A stretch of DNA of 64,000 nt, taken from the NCBI GenBank assembly GCA_951406725.2, contig OX597824.1:86862001-86926000 (forward strand). The letters are read 5' to 3'. Below the pieces are notes generated by a model. That model had not been told where the DNA came from. It did not search any database and saw nothing but the letters and a program-made list of their open reading frames with translations. Positions 1 through 14,244 of this stretch are shown here, in pieces. The translations under genes and the position numbers were made by a program. Source of the stretch: Octopus vulgaris. Taxonomy: Eukaryota. Within the stretch, counting starts at the first letter, position 1. Each line of letters opens with the position of its first letter.

Positions 1-64
1 ACAGACCTTTTTTAGAATTACAATTAAGTCTATTTACTTCTCACGTTCTCTCTCTCTCTCTTTT

Positions 65-83
65 CTATATGTGTGTATATATG

Positions 84-124
<41 letters not shown>

Positions 125-323
125 GTGTGTGTATATGAATGTTGCGCATTTGTGCATGTATATATTGTTTGTTTATGTAGGTATGCTTACATATATTTGT
201 GTATATATATGTGTGTATGTATGTTTTATATATATATATATTATTTATTATTATTATAACAATATAATATTTAATAAATATATATATATACACACATCTA
301 ATTATTATCATCATTATTATTAC

Positions 324-368
<45 letters not shown>

Positions 369-389
369 ATAATGATGATAATAATTAGA

Positions 390-435
<46 letters not shown>

Positions 436-492
436 ATAGTAATAATAATGATGATAATAATTAGATGTGTGTGTATATATATATATTTATTA

Positions 493-564
<72 letters not shown>

Positions 565-580
565 CTATGTGGTTATATAT
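65..580. repeat. (TA)n/(TG)n/(AAT)n low-complexity tract
   Basis: Directly visible; source of the IYIY ORFs. Confidence 0.95.
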
Positions 581-956
581 GTTAAGATGTATGAGTATGT
601 TTTAGCACAAATCAAATCAACATAGAGCCAATGTGGTGGTTTTGTCTTGGCTAGAAATCGCAGCCAAATTTCCTTTCAATCCTTCAATCACACCCTACAG
701 TCTTCAGAAAGACAACATATATATAAACCTACTCGGTTCGGTTCAATATCAGAGATCCAATGCAACCCCCCCCCAAAAAAAAAAACACTGGGTGGTCATA
801 AGCTGGAGCGCTTTCGATCAAAGACCTGCTCCATCAGGGCCCACTTGCATTTAAATAACATATTTTGCCTTATGTGGTATCTTAAACGTTTCTAGGGGTC
901 TTTCCTCACCAACTCATTCCTTTTACTTTAAATTTGTTTACAAGAGAAAACAAATA

Positions 957-1128
957 GGCACAGGAGTGGCTGTGTGGTAAGTAGCTTGCTTACCAACCAC
1001 ATGGTTCCGGGTTCAGTCCCACTGCGTGGCATCGTGGGCAAGTGTCTTCTGCTATAGGCCCCGGGCCGACCAATGCCTTGTGAGTGGATTTGGTAGACGG
1101 AAACTGAAAGAAGCCTGTCGTATATATG

Positions 1129-1163
<35 letters not shown>

Positions 1164-1735
1164 TTGTATGCCTGTGTTTGTCCCCGATGCTGGTGTGTTT
1201 ACGTCCCCGTAACTTAGCGGTTCGGTAAGTAGCCTTCTGTTATAGCCCCAGGCCGACCAATACCTTGTGAGTGGATTTGGTAGACGGAAACTGAAAGAAG
1301 CCTGTCGTATATATGTATATATATATATATATGTGTGTGTGTTTGTATGCCTGTGTTTACGTCCCCGTAACTTAGCGGTTCGGTAAGTAGCCTTCTGTTA
1401 TAGCCCCAGGCCGACCAATGCCTTGTGAGTGAATTTGGTAGACGGAAACTGAAAGAAGCCTGTCGTATATATATGTATGTATGTATATATATATATATAT
1501 GTGTGTGTGTATGTTTGTGTGTCTGTGTTTGTCCCTCTAGCATTGCTTGACAACCGATGCTGGTGTGTTTACGTCCCCGTCACTTAGCGGTTCGGCAAAA
1601 AGAGACCGATAGAATAAGTACTGGGCTTACAAAGAATAAGTCCCGGGGGTCGATTTGCTCGACTAAAAAAAGGCGGTGCTCCAGCATGGCCGCAGTCAAA
1701 TGACTGAAACGAGTAAAAGAGTAAAAGAGAGGAAG
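957..1735 (+). mobile_element. tRNA-derived SINE family A with a tandemly triplicated internal segment
   Basis: A box TGGCTGTGTGG, B box GGGTTCAGTCCC, central (TA)(TG) tract, tail AAATGACTGAAAC(A/G)AGTAAAAGAG; the internal ~160-bp block occurs three times. Confidence 0.9.
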
Positions 1736-2034
1736 AGTAAATCTTCAATTGATGTACACTTGTATTATCATTATTATTATTATTATTATTATTGTTGTTG
1801 TTTGGTTGGCATGTTGTGGAGAGTATAAAGCTGCTAACTGCCATGTTGTCAAGTGACCCGAATGTTGATGCCACCCAACTTAACGAGCTACCACCACCAC
1901 CACCAACCAGCACCACCAGCCCCTCCGAGTCGAGTCCGTCGTCGTCGTCTCTCTGTTTACTTACTGCTGATGTTGACCCAGCTCGGCTGCTTAGATTCAC
2001 TAACAGTAGTAGGCCAAATAACTTTTTTTGTGTG

Positions 2035-2082
<48 letters not shown>

Positions 2083-2147
2083 CATATATATAAGTACACA
2101 CACACACACATAAAATTATGTTTGTACATATATATATATGTATGTAT

Positions 2148-2569
2148 GTAAGTATATAAGTACATATATATATGTATATATGTAAGTACATATATATATA
2201 TATATGTAAGTACATATATATATATGTAAGTACATATATATATATATGTAAGTACATATATATATATATGTAAGTACATATATATATATATATGTAAGTA
2301 CATATATATATATGTAAGTACATATATATATATATGTAAGTACATATATATATATGTAAGTACATATATATATATGTAAGTACATATATATATATATGTA
2401 AGTACATATATATATATGTAAGTACATATATATATATATGTAAGTACATATATATATATGTAAGTACATATATATATATGTAAGTACATATATATATATA
2501 TGTAAGTACATATATATATATGTAAGTACATATATATATATGTAAGTACATATATATATATATATGTAA

Positions 2570-2604
<35 letters not shown>

Positions 2605-2655
2605 AGTACATACATATATATATATGTATGTAAGTACATGTATATGTGTAAGTAT
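2148..2655. repeat. Compound minisatellite [GTAAGTACA(TA)n], ~20 units
   Basis: Directly visible; period 20-24 bp. Confidence 0.95.
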
Positions 2656-4820
2656 ATATATATACATATATATTATATATGTACACATATATATATATAC
2701 ATATATGTATGTATATACGTACATACACTTCTTGTCAGTAAAACAATTCCGCCCCACCACCTCCGTCTTTCATTTATAAGCATGTGTATCTTCACATCTG
2801 GTTTGACACTGGCATCTCTCTCTCTGCCCCAGGCAGCAGATCCTCAAATATCATTATTCCAACAACAGCTTTTCCTTTCTTCTCGTGGCAGGATAACTAC
2901 TAATGAACAAACGTGTGTGTGTGTGTGCGCGAGAGAGAGAGAGAGAGAGACAGAGAGACAGAGAGGGATAGGGAGGGAGAAAGAGAGAGAGAGGATAACT
3001 ACAAATGAAGAAGTATTACCCACCAATTTTTTTCATCTTTGGACAAATTGGACTGACTGTTTGTTTTTAAGCCTAGCACTTATTCTGTTGGGTACCTTTG
3101 CCGAACTGCTAAGTTGCCTAAATGTAAACAAACCAGCACCGTTTCTCAAGCAGCAGTGTGGGACCCCCCCCCCCATGCACACATATGTGCAACGGGCTTC
3201 TTTCAGTTTCTTATTTCGTTACTGCCCACAAGGGGCTAAACATAGAGGGGACAAACAAGGACAGACAAATGGATCAAGTCGATTATATCGACCCCAGTGC
3301 ATAACTGGTACTTATTTAATTGACCCCGAAAGGATGAAAGGCAAAGTCAACCTCAGCGGAATTTGAACTCAGAACTTAGTGGCAGACGAAATACTGCTAA
3401 GCATTTCGCCCGGCGTGCTAATGCTTCTACCAGCTCACCGCCTTCGGGCTTCTTTTAGTTTCTGTCTACTAAATTCACTTCCAAGGCCCTGGCCAGCCTA
3501 GGGCTATAGTAGGAAATACTTGCCCAAGGTACTGCACAATGGAACTGTACCCAAGACACGTGGTTAGAAAAGCAAGCTTCTTACCCATACAGACTGTTAT
3601 TTCAAATAACTGTTTTCTGCCATTTGTGGTGGAATAAAACATAATTAACTTTCATATGAAATTAAGACGGTGAGCTGGCAGAATCGTTAGCACACCAGGC
3701 AAAATGCTCCATGGCATTTCATCTGTCCTTATCTTCTGAGTCCAAATTCTGCCAAGGTTGATTTTTGCCTTTCATCCTTTCAGGGTCGATAAAATAAGTA
3801 CCAGTTACGCACTGGGGGCCAATGTAATTGATTTAATCTCTCTTCCAAACTTGCAGGCCTTGTGCTACTCTTTACTCTTTTACTTGTTTCAGTCATTTGA
3901 CTGCAGCCATGCTGGAGCACCGCCTTTAGTTGAGCAAATCGACCCCAGGACTTATTCTTTGTAAGCCTAGTACTTATTCTATCGGTCTGTTCTGCTGAAC
4001 CGCTAAGTTGCGGGGACGTAAACATACCAGCATTGGTTGTCAAGCGATGTTGGTGGGGACAAACACAGACACACCAAAACACACACACACATATATACTA
4101 CGGGCTTCTTTCAGTTTCTCTTTGCCAAATCCACTCACAAGGCTTTGATTGGCCCGAGGCTATAATAGAAGACACTTGCCCAAGGTGCCACGCAGTGGGA
4201 CTGAACCCAGTACCATGTGGTTGGTAAGCAAGCTACTTACCACACAGCCACTCTAACGCCTATACCTAGAGTTTTTTCTTAATCTTTTGACACCAATTTT
4301 TTTTTGGTGGGGGGGAATTATTTAAATTTTGCCACCTTGAGTCAGCCAGCATTTACTATTAACTACATTTATTTTAATAGATAATCTGAACGCTTGACGA
4401 CATAGCTTCAGGAATGAACAAACTGATTAATAAAGAAAGAAAATGAGAGCAAGATATATTCTGAGGTTCCTGTTTGATTAACAAAGTTAAAATCAACAGA
4501 TGAGAATAAAATATCTAAAATATTTCCTTTGTAAACCATTTCATTGATTGACACAATAGTTTGTAGTGAAAAATATTTGTGTATCAACATTGAAACTAAT
4601 GAGTCTCTATTATCATAAACCTAAATCTAGAAAAATAATTGTCTTTCAAAAAATTCATACATACATATGTATATTTTAAAAAATTTTATTTTATTTAGTT
4701 TCAGCTCATGAGTCGTGGCCATGCTGGGGCACCGCCATTTATATATGTATGTAAATATATAAATCTATATAAATGTACTCACACACATGTATACGTATAC
4801 CTATATATAAAAACACACAC

Positions 4821-4872
<52 letters not shown>

Positions 4873-4894
4873 TATATATGCAATTGTTCATATA

Positions 4895-5522
4895 TCATCA
4901 TCATCATTTAACGTCCGCTTTCCATGCTAGCATGAGTTGGACAATTTTTGACTGAGGACTGGCGAACCAGATGGCTGCACCAGGCTCCAATCTTGATCTG
5001 GCAGAGTTTCTACAGCTGGATGCCCTTCCTAATGCCAACCACTCTGAGAGTATAGAGGGTGCTTTTATGTGCCACCAGCATGAGGGCCATTGAGGCGCTA
5101 CTGGCAACGGCCATGAAAAAGTCGTGTTTTTTTTACATGTCACCTACACACCGGCACAAGTGCCAGTAAGGCGACGCTGGTAATGATCACGATTGAATGG
5201 TGCTAATTATGTGCCACCGGCAGGAACGCCAGTTAGCCGCTCTGGCAACGATCATGCTCGGATGGTGCTCTTAGTGCTCCACTAGCATGGATGCCAGTCA
5301 TCGAATTTGATTTCGATTTCACTTGCCTCAACAGGTCTTCACAAGCAGTGTCCAATGAAGGGAAGGTACGCATAAGTGGGCTGGTTACACCCCTGGCATA
5401 GTCCACAAGGTTATGGTCTCATTTGGCTTGCCGGGTCTTCTCAAGCACAGCATATTTCCAAAAGTCTCGGTCACTGGTCATTGCCTCGGTGAGGCCTAAT
5501 GCTCGAAGGTCGTGCTTCACCA
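4895..5522 (-). mobile_element. RTE LINE 3' fragment
   Basis: Minus strand ends ORF2 with VKHDLRALGLTEAMTSDRDFWKYAVLEKTRQAK*, then a 3' UTR with GGAAGGGCATCCAGCTGTAGAAAC and a (GAT)n tail. Confidence 0.8.
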
Positions 5523-5690
5523 TATAAATCTATATAAATGTACTCATACACATATGAAATCGACCCCAGGACTTATTCTTTGTAAGCCTAGTACTTATTC
5601 TATCAGTCTCTTTTGCCGAACTGCTAAGTTATGGGTATGTAAACACACCAATATCGGTTGTCAAGCGATGTTGGGGGGAGACAAACACAG

Positions 5691-5721
<31 letters not shown>

Positions 5722-8206
5722 CATATATACGACGGGCTTCTTTCAGTTTCTGTCTACCAAATATACCTATATATATATATGTATGTATGTATATGTATAT
5801 ATATATGCTGGGATAAACAGAAAGCTCTTTTATTCTCTAGCAAAACAGTATTTAAATAATATTGGGTAAGCATTTACCCTATTATCAAGTTGCACCAATA
5901 ATTTTTAAAATTATACATACATACGTACCTTTGTACATACATGGGGATGTATATATGGTAGACAAAGGGCCCACTGAATTAGAAAAAAAGAAGGGATGAA
6001 TAACTCACAAGAGCTGTACTGTACATGAAAAATCTAGTTACAAAGAATAGATAATGTAAAATGTCTTCAGACAATATTATAATTAAAACAAGTCTCTATT
6101 TAATATGATGTTGATTTGGTCAGATATCGCTATGGTAACATAATCTTGCTTAAAACTAGATTAATGTTAATTACAATTCTGTTAACCCAAGAAACAACAG
6201 CAAATTTCTCGAATAACAAATGTCATTCTGTAATTCTTTATTTATTTTTCTCATTTGGCTGGTCAGATATAATGACCATAATTGAAACTTGTGCACACAT
6301 TTCTAGTTTACTCCTTATAAATCATTGCTCTTGGCTTCGTGCTTTCCACGTTGACATGGGTTTGGTTTCAATTCTAAAACTGCCTCTCTTGGACTGTCTT
6401 TTTCTTTCTAATAAATCTTAGTTCTTTGAATAACAGTACTCTTTACTCTTTTTTACTATGGCATTTCATCTGTCTCTATGTTTTGAGTCCAAATTCTGCC
6501 AAGGTTGATTTTGCCTTTCATCCTTTCAGGGTCGATAAAATAAGTACCAGTTGACTACTGAGGGCCAATGTAGTTGATTTAATCTCTCTTCAAAACTTGC
6601 TGGCCTTGTGCTACTCTTTACTCTTTTACTTGTTTCAGTCATTTGACTGCAGCCATGCTAGAGCTCTGCCTTTAGTCGAGCAAATCGACCCCAGGACTTG
6701 TTCTTTGTAAGCCTAGTACTTATTCTATCGGTCTCTTTTGCCGAACTGCTAAGTTACGGGACAAAAACACACCAGCATCGGTTGTCAAGCGATGTTGGAG
6801 GGACAAACACAGACACACAAACATATACACATATACATATATATTTAATATATATATATATGACGGGCTTCTTTCAGTTTCCATCTGCCAAATCCACTCA
6901 CAAGGCTTTGGTCGACCCGAGGCTATAGCAGAAGACACTTGCCCAAGGTGTCACGCAGTGGGCCTGAACCCGGAACCATGTGGTTGGTAAGCAAGCTACT
7001 TGCCACACAGCCACTCCTGCACCTATTTCACAATTGTTCTCAATTTCTTTTTTTTTTTCAAGTCTTTAATCATCATTAGTAACTGCTAATTGCTAGTATT
7101 TCAAGATGGAAATTGGCAATAGAAAAAAAAAAGCATGTCGCCATGGACACAGGCATGGCTGTGTGGTTAAGAAACTTGTTTTGCAACTACATTGTTTTGG
7201 GTTCAGTCCCAATGTATAGCACCTTGGGCAAGTGTCTTCTACTATAGCTGTGGGCCGACCAATTCCTCGTGAGTGACTTTGATAGACGGAAACTGGGAAC
7301 CTGTCATACAAATGTGCATGTGTTAGTGTTTGTTTGTTTACATCCCTGTAACATGTAGCTTAATGGTTTGGCAAAAGTGGCTGATAGAATAAGTACCAAA
7401 CAAAAAAAAAAGTACTAAGGTCAATTTCAACTAAATTCTTCAAGGCAGTGCCCCAGCATGGCCACTTGTTTCACAGAGTGAAACAAATAAAAGGTGAAAG
7501 ATAAAAGATAGCTGAATTAAGAGCCCTGTCCATTCTAAAGCTTGTATTAATCATCATCAGCATTAACATCCGCTTTCCATGCTAGCATGGGTTGGACAAT
7601 TTGACTGAGGTCTGGCGAACCAGATGGCTGCACCAGACTCCAATCTGATTTGGCAGAGTTTCTACAGTTGGATGCCTTTCCTAATGCCAACCACTCCAAG
7701 AGTGTAGTGGGTGCTTTTACGTGTCACCGGCACGAGGGCCAGTCAAGAGGTACTGGCAACGGCCATGCTCAAATAGTGCTTTTTATGTGCCACCTGCACA
7801 GGAGCCAGTCCAGCAGCACTGGCAATGACCTTGCTCGAATGTTTTTTCATGTGCCACTAGCACAAGTGCCAGTAAGGTGACGCAGGTAACGATCACACTC
7901 GAATGGTGCTTTTTACGTGCCACTAGCACGGACGTATCTTAAAATATCAACTGTATGTTACAGAAACTTAATGCAATATATTATAAATGTTTAGTGCTGC
8001 AAGGAAAAATTTTACTTAAAAAAAAAAACTGCTTTCCTTTCATCCAGGGTTTAGCCCTAATTCACTTTCTGTCTTAAGTTTGCTTCCTTTCATCCTTTAG
8101 ATCAGGGGCTCTCAACCAGGGTCAATATGGCCCCTGGGTACCCACTAAGCATTTTTGTCTGATACACTGACAATCTGTCAGCTTGTTACTTTGTGTGTGT
8201 ATTTAT

Positions 8207-8410
8207 TTTATAAGCTTTTAAGTAATCACAGCACAATGACCAAAGAAAATAGTCTAATAATGGGGCATATAAGCCCTCAATGGAAAAAAGTAGGTTTTCC
8301 CCACTCACAGGAAAACCTACTTTTTTCCATCGAGGGCTTATGTGCCCCATTATCAGACTATTTTCTTTGGTCATTGTATGGAGATCGCTTATAAGCTTTA
8401 AGCTTATAAA
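8207..8410. repeat. Near-perfect ~200-bp palindrome
   Basis: Arms of ~95 bp around a short loop at ~8301-8309; explains the mirror ORFs 8155+ and 8186-. Confidence 0.85.
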
Positions 8411-8903
8411 GTATTATCATTATTATTTGCAGAATTGTAAAAATCGAAACTGCTTAACAAAAACCATCGCAGTAAAAGCATATATATACATATATATATT
8501 ACACATAAATATATTTATTACAGCAGTTTAGAAGCCCTTGATAAGTGAGTTCCTCTATTTAGGTTTTGATTTTGAGTGTAACCACACATTTCACTTAGAT
8601 TATTGTTCTTCCTAAAAAAGTTATGAACATCATACAATTTTTATTTTTCCAACCTTATAATTCTAAGTCCTTTAATTCTGTCACTCATCATCACTGTTAT
8701 TTTAATTTCCACTTTTCCATGCTTGCATGGGACAGACAGTCTATTGAGGCAGGTTTTCTATGGCTAGATGCCCTCCCTGTCACCAATCCTCATCTGTTTC
8801 CCTATGGCCAGATGTGTTATCATAAAGACTGGAAACTAAGTGTACTGTTTGCCTGACAATGACACTCTTTTATACCTTTCACGCCTTGTCAAGACAAGGA
8901 GAT

Positions 8904-8976
<73 letters not shown>

Positions 8977-10589
8977 CAAGGTGTCACGCAGTGAGACTGA
9001 ACCCTAAACTATGTGGTTGGAAAGCAAGCTTACTACACAGCCATGCCTGTACCTTTTTTTAAAAAAAATTTCATTAAATCACTATTCTTCAGTAATAATT
9101 TATTAGCCCTTAAATCTGAAGCTTATCCCCAAATTTTTATGATGCTTCTCGGATTGCCTATATTTTGGGTTGTGAATTCTGCTTCCCTTGAGATTTCTCT
9201 GACGGGACTTCAGTGAAGGCCACAAACCACAGGCTGAATTACTTTTTCTGTTTTTACTTGACTTCCTTGGTATTTCGAGTCCCAAAATGATGAAAGCTAA
9301 AATTTGATGACAGGAATTTGTATTGAATTTTTTTTCTGGCAAGTATCTCAATTCACACGCATCTCCATCAACTTCTTCATTTGGTATTGGACTGTGTCCA
9401 AACATCTTTTATGTTTTACTTGTTTCAGTCATTAGATTATGGCCATGCTGGGGCACCACCTTAAAGAATTTTAACTGAATGAATCAACCCCAGTACTTTT
9501 TTTTTAAGGCTGAAACTTATTCTATTGTTCTCTATTACTGAACTGCTAAGTTACTGACACACACACACACACACACACACACATGAGAGGCTTCTTTCAG
9601 TTTCCATCTATCAAATCCACTCAACAAAGCTTTAATTGGCCTTAGGCTATAGTAGAGGATACTCTCCCATGGTGCCACACAGTGGGACTGAACCTGGAAC
9701 CATGTAGTTGGGAAACAAACTTCTTACCACAGTTATCCTTTCTCTCTTACTTGTTTCTCTCTTACTTGCAGTCATTGGACTGCAGTTATGCCAGGGCACT
9801 ACTTTGAAGGGTTTTAGTCAAAAACACCGACCCCAATACGTATTCCATCCTTTGCTGAACTTATAAGTAACGGGGACATAAATAAACCAACACCAGTTGT
9901 CAAGTTGTGGGGGAGTCATAACTTGTGGTCTAGTGGTTAGGGCATTGCACTTAGAATCACAAGATTCTTATTTTGACTCCAGGGCTGGCAATGCATTATG
10001 TTCTTGAGCAAAACACTGCTCCAGTCCACTCACCTGTAAATGAATAACCCTCTGATGGTCTAGTGTCCTGTTCAGTGGGAGTGTTGACCTACCCACCTAG
10101 CTGGTGGGGTGAGATCATTCGATGGCTACAACGATTGCAAAGAGGTGCATTGTAACCAGTAATGCTTAACAACAGTAGTCTTGTTGATGCAGTGAAATAT
10201 ATATATATATATGTGTGTGTGTGTGGAGGTGCAATGGCCCAGTGGTTAGGGCAGCAGACTCACGGTCGGAGGATCGTGGTTTCGATTCCCAGACCGGGCG
10301 TTGTGTGTGTTTATTGAGCGAAAATACCTAAAGCTCTACGAGCCTCCAGCAGAGGGTGGTGGCGACCCCTGTTGTACTCTTTCACCCCAACTTTCTCTCA
10401 CTCTCTCTTCCTGTTTCTTGAGTAACGCTGCGATGGACTGGCTTGCCATCCAGCTGGTGGGGGGAATACATACGCCACAGAAACTGAGAAACTGGGCCCA
10501 TGGATTTAGAATGTAATGAGTCAGAAGAGATACCACTAAGCAGATTTTCTGAAGTTTTTATAATTTTTACCAGCTCACTGGTAAGAATG

Positions 10590-11348
10590 GTTTCAAATTT
10601 CGGCACAAGGCCAGCAATTTCAGGGGAGAGGTTAAGTTGATTACATCAACCCCAGTATTCTTATTTTATCAACCCTGACAGGATGAAAGGCAAAGTCAAC
10701 CTCAGCAGAATTTGAACTTTGAAATGTAAAGATGGATGGTGTGCTGCTTAGCATTCTTAGGATTCTGTCAGTTCGTTGCCTTATTGGCCGTAATAATTCT
10801 TTCTACTGGAAGCCCAAGGCCTCAAATTTGGGATTACATCACCTTCAGTGCATAACTAGTATTTATTTAATCGACCCCGAAAGGATGAAAGGCAAAGTCA
10901 ACCTCGGAGGAATTTGAACTCAGAACGTAGCGGCAGATGAAATACCTATTTCTTTACTACCTACAAAGGGCCAAACACAGAGAGGACAAAGGGATTAAGT
11001 CGATTATATAGACCCCAGTGCGTAACTGGTACTTATTTAATCGACCCCAAAAGAATGAAAGGTAAAGTCAACCTCGGCGGAATTTGAACTCAGAATGTAA
11101 AGACAGATGAAATACCTATTTCTTTACTACCCGCAAGGGGCTAAACATAGAGGGGACAAACAAGGACAGACATAGGTATTAAGTCGATTACATCGACCCC
11201 AGTGCGTAATTGGTACTTACTTAATCGACCCTGAAAGGATGAAAGGCCAAGTCGACCTCGGCGGAATTTAAACTCAGAACATAACGGCAGATGAAAAACC
11301 GCTAAGCATTTTGCCCGGCGTTCTAATGCTTCTGCTAGCTCTCTGCCT
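10590..11348 (-). mobile_element. Tandem array of SINE family B (Deu/Nin-type core)
   Basis: Four successive units containing, on the minus strand, GCCTTTCATCCTTTCGGGGTCGATTAAATAAGTACCAG, resembling the Deu/Nin core domain. Confidence 0.8.
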
Positions 11349-12669
11349 TTATTGGAATTAATGATAAAATTTGCTATAGATACAACGTATTTGAAATAAA
11401 AGAAATAACTTGTAAAAGAACCAAAAAGATACTCTGGAGAAGGATAACTTTTTAGTGTGCAATTGTAACAAGAATTAGTAGAAAAAAAAAAAAGAAATTT
11501 TATGCAAAATGAATTGAGTTAAAAATGTAATGAGACTATTGCTGGATTTTGGAACATTAGTAATCACAGAAGACAAGTGCTTAGTATGGTGCTTTAGTAT
11601 ACTATGTAACATAGTATAACTCACTGAGGTCCTTGAGTATTTATCTTGAGGTCATGACGTTGTACAAATTTTATCAGCGACACGGAATTCTTTTGGATGT
11701 AAACAGTTATGGTTTCAAATGATAACACTGCTTTATTTTCATAGATGGTTTTTTATGTAGTTCAAGTGGATTTCTGGGTGTTTTTTTTTCAATCATTTTT
11801 ATATTTAGTTTTTACTTGTTTCAGTTATTAGACTGCGCCCATACTGGGGCACTGCTTTGAAGGCTTTTAGGCAAACACATCGACTCCGGTGCTTTTTTTT
11901 TTTTTTTTTTTTTTTGTAAAGCTTAGTACTTATGCTGTTAGGTCTCTTTTGCTGAACCACTAAGTTACAGGAGCATAAACACGCCAGCACCTGTTGTCAA
12001 GTCATGGTGGCGACAGACACACGCATGCAAACGCACACATGCACACACGCATGCAAATGCACACACGCATGCAAACGCACACACACATGCAAACACACAC
12101 ACGCATGCAAACACACACACACGCATGCAAAAACACACACGCATACAAGCAAACACACACACATATGCAAACACACACACACGCATGCAAACACACACAC
12201 ACACACACACACATGCAAACACAAGCACACACACACACACACACAAACACACACATGCAAACACTCAAACACACCTTTCAGTTTCTGTCTATCAAATCCA
12301 CTTACAAGTGTAGAAGACACTTGCTCAAGGTGTCTTGCAGTGGGACTGAACCTGGAACCATTTGGTTGGGAAGCAAACTTCTTACCACGCGTTTATTTAT
12401 TTTTTTAAATAAAAACTAGTTGCAATATTTAATATTGGGATTCTTATTCAAGCTGTAAGGCAATTGAAATCTCCATAGTGCAGAGCTGTTAGAACTTTCC
12501 AAGAAGATAAACAACCATAAGCCATTTTCAAAAGAATTTGCATCTAAATTGAACTGGATGAAGAAATAGCTCTTAGCTGTATCTTTAATTTCATTAAAGA
12601 TGCTTTAATGGGAAAGCGATCTCTGAGTGGCTTGTTCAGTGATTGTAGAATGATATTAACATGATAGTA

Positions 12670-12898
12670 AGGCAGTGAGCTGGCAGAAACGTTAGCACGC
12701 CGGGCGAAATGCTTAGTGGTATTTCGTCTGTCTTTATGTTCTGAGTTCAAATTCCGCCGAGGTCAACTTTGCCTTTCGTCCTTTCGGGGTCGATAAATTA
12801 AATACCAGTTACGCACTGGGGTCGATGTAATCAACTTAATCCCTTTGTCTGTCCTTGTTTGTCCCCTCTATGTTTAGCCCCTTGTGGGCAATAAAGAG
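12670..12898 (+). mobile_element. SINE family B representative. Other copies: ~3210-, 3665+, 6460+, 17215+, 24573-, 37630+ (x2), 44208+ (x2), 61020- (x2)
   Basis: Head GGCAGTGAGCTGGCAGAAACGTTAG...GAGTTCAAATTCC, Deu/Nin-like core, tail GGGCAATAAAGA. Confidence 0.88.
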
Positions 12899-14197
12899 AT
12901 ATGAATTATGCTAACATGTTTAGTATGATACATTGCTCATTATATAAGTAGATTAAGTAGATTAATTAATAATTGAAGGAACATTTTGGGTTCCCTTTCT
13001 CCTACTAAATGTAAGCAACCTGTTGTGGTCCCCTACTTACATACTTTAACCTCTCATCCACTGGCATAAAGCTAATCTGCCAGGGAGTGTAGTCCTTTGA
13101 GGTGCATGGTGACCTCCATTGTGCTGGTGGCATGAAAAGAAAAAGCACCCAGCACATGTTGTAAAGTGGTTGGCATTTGGAAGGGCATCCAGTTGTTGAA
13201 ACCAAGCCAAAGAAGACACCGGAACATGATGCAGTCCTTGGACTCATCGGATCTTGTTAAACCATCCAACCTATGCCAGCATAGCACACTGGCACTAAAC
13301 AATCATCATCATCATCATCATTTAACGTCCGCTTCCCATGCTAGCATGGATTGGACGATTTGACTGAGGACTGGCGAACCAAATGGTTGCACCAGGCTCC
13401 AATCTGATCTGGCAGAGTTTCTACAGCTGGATGCCCTTCCTAACGCCAACCACTCTGAGAGTGTAGTGGGTACTTTTACATGTCACTGGCATGAGGGCCA
13501 GTCAGGCGGTACTGGCAACGGCCGTGCTCAAATGGTGTTTTTTACGTGCCACCTGCACAGGAGTCAGTTCAGTTGCACAGGCAACGACCTCGTTCGAATG
13601 TTTTGTCCACGTGCCACTGGCACAAGTGCCAGTAAGGCGATGCTGGTAACGATCATGCTCAAGTGATAATGATAATGAAAATCTTTATAACAGGCTATAG
13701 TGAAATGCAGTGTGCATATTATATTAATATAAGGAGCATGGGTTAGTGGTTAGGGTATTTGGCTCAAGATTGTAAGGTCACGAGTTCAATTCCTGGTGAC
13801 GTGTTGTGTCCTTGAGCAAGGTATTTCATTTCATGTTGCTCCACTCCACCCAGCTGGCAAAAATGAATATGACCTGTATTTCAGAGGGCCAGCCTTTTTG
13901 CATTCTGTATCATGCTGGATCTCCCTGAGAACTACATTAAGGGTATGCGTGTCTGTGGAATTCTCAGCCACTTGCACGTTAATTTCATGAACAGGCTGTT
14001 CTGTTGATTGGATCTGGTAAAAAGTTTTCTCAGAATTGCTAAACCATGGTTTGGAGTGGCTGTGTGGTAAGTAGCTTGCTTATGAACCACATGGTTCTAG
14101 GTTCAGTCCCATCGCCTGGCACCTTGGGCAAGTTTCTTCTACTATAGCCTCGGGCCGACCAAAGACTTGTGAGATGGAAACTGAAAGAAGCCCACCA

Positions 14198-14244
<47 letters not shown>

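Noticed and set aside
1843-2151. LRP5/6 exon 1 (signal peptide)
   Set aside because: [12 protein letters not shown]... is not a hydrophobic signal peptide and no convincing phase-1 donor follows; exon 1 is probably outside the window.
1584-2760. Long ORFs of 214-351 aa (similar sets at 69-585, 12.0, 14.5, 35.1 and 45.3 kb)
   Set aside because: Translations of (TA)n/(TG)n/(CA)n tracts with no protein-like complexity.
2638-3366. 242-aa ORF
   Set aside because: Patchwork of microsatellite, (GA)n and SINE fragments.
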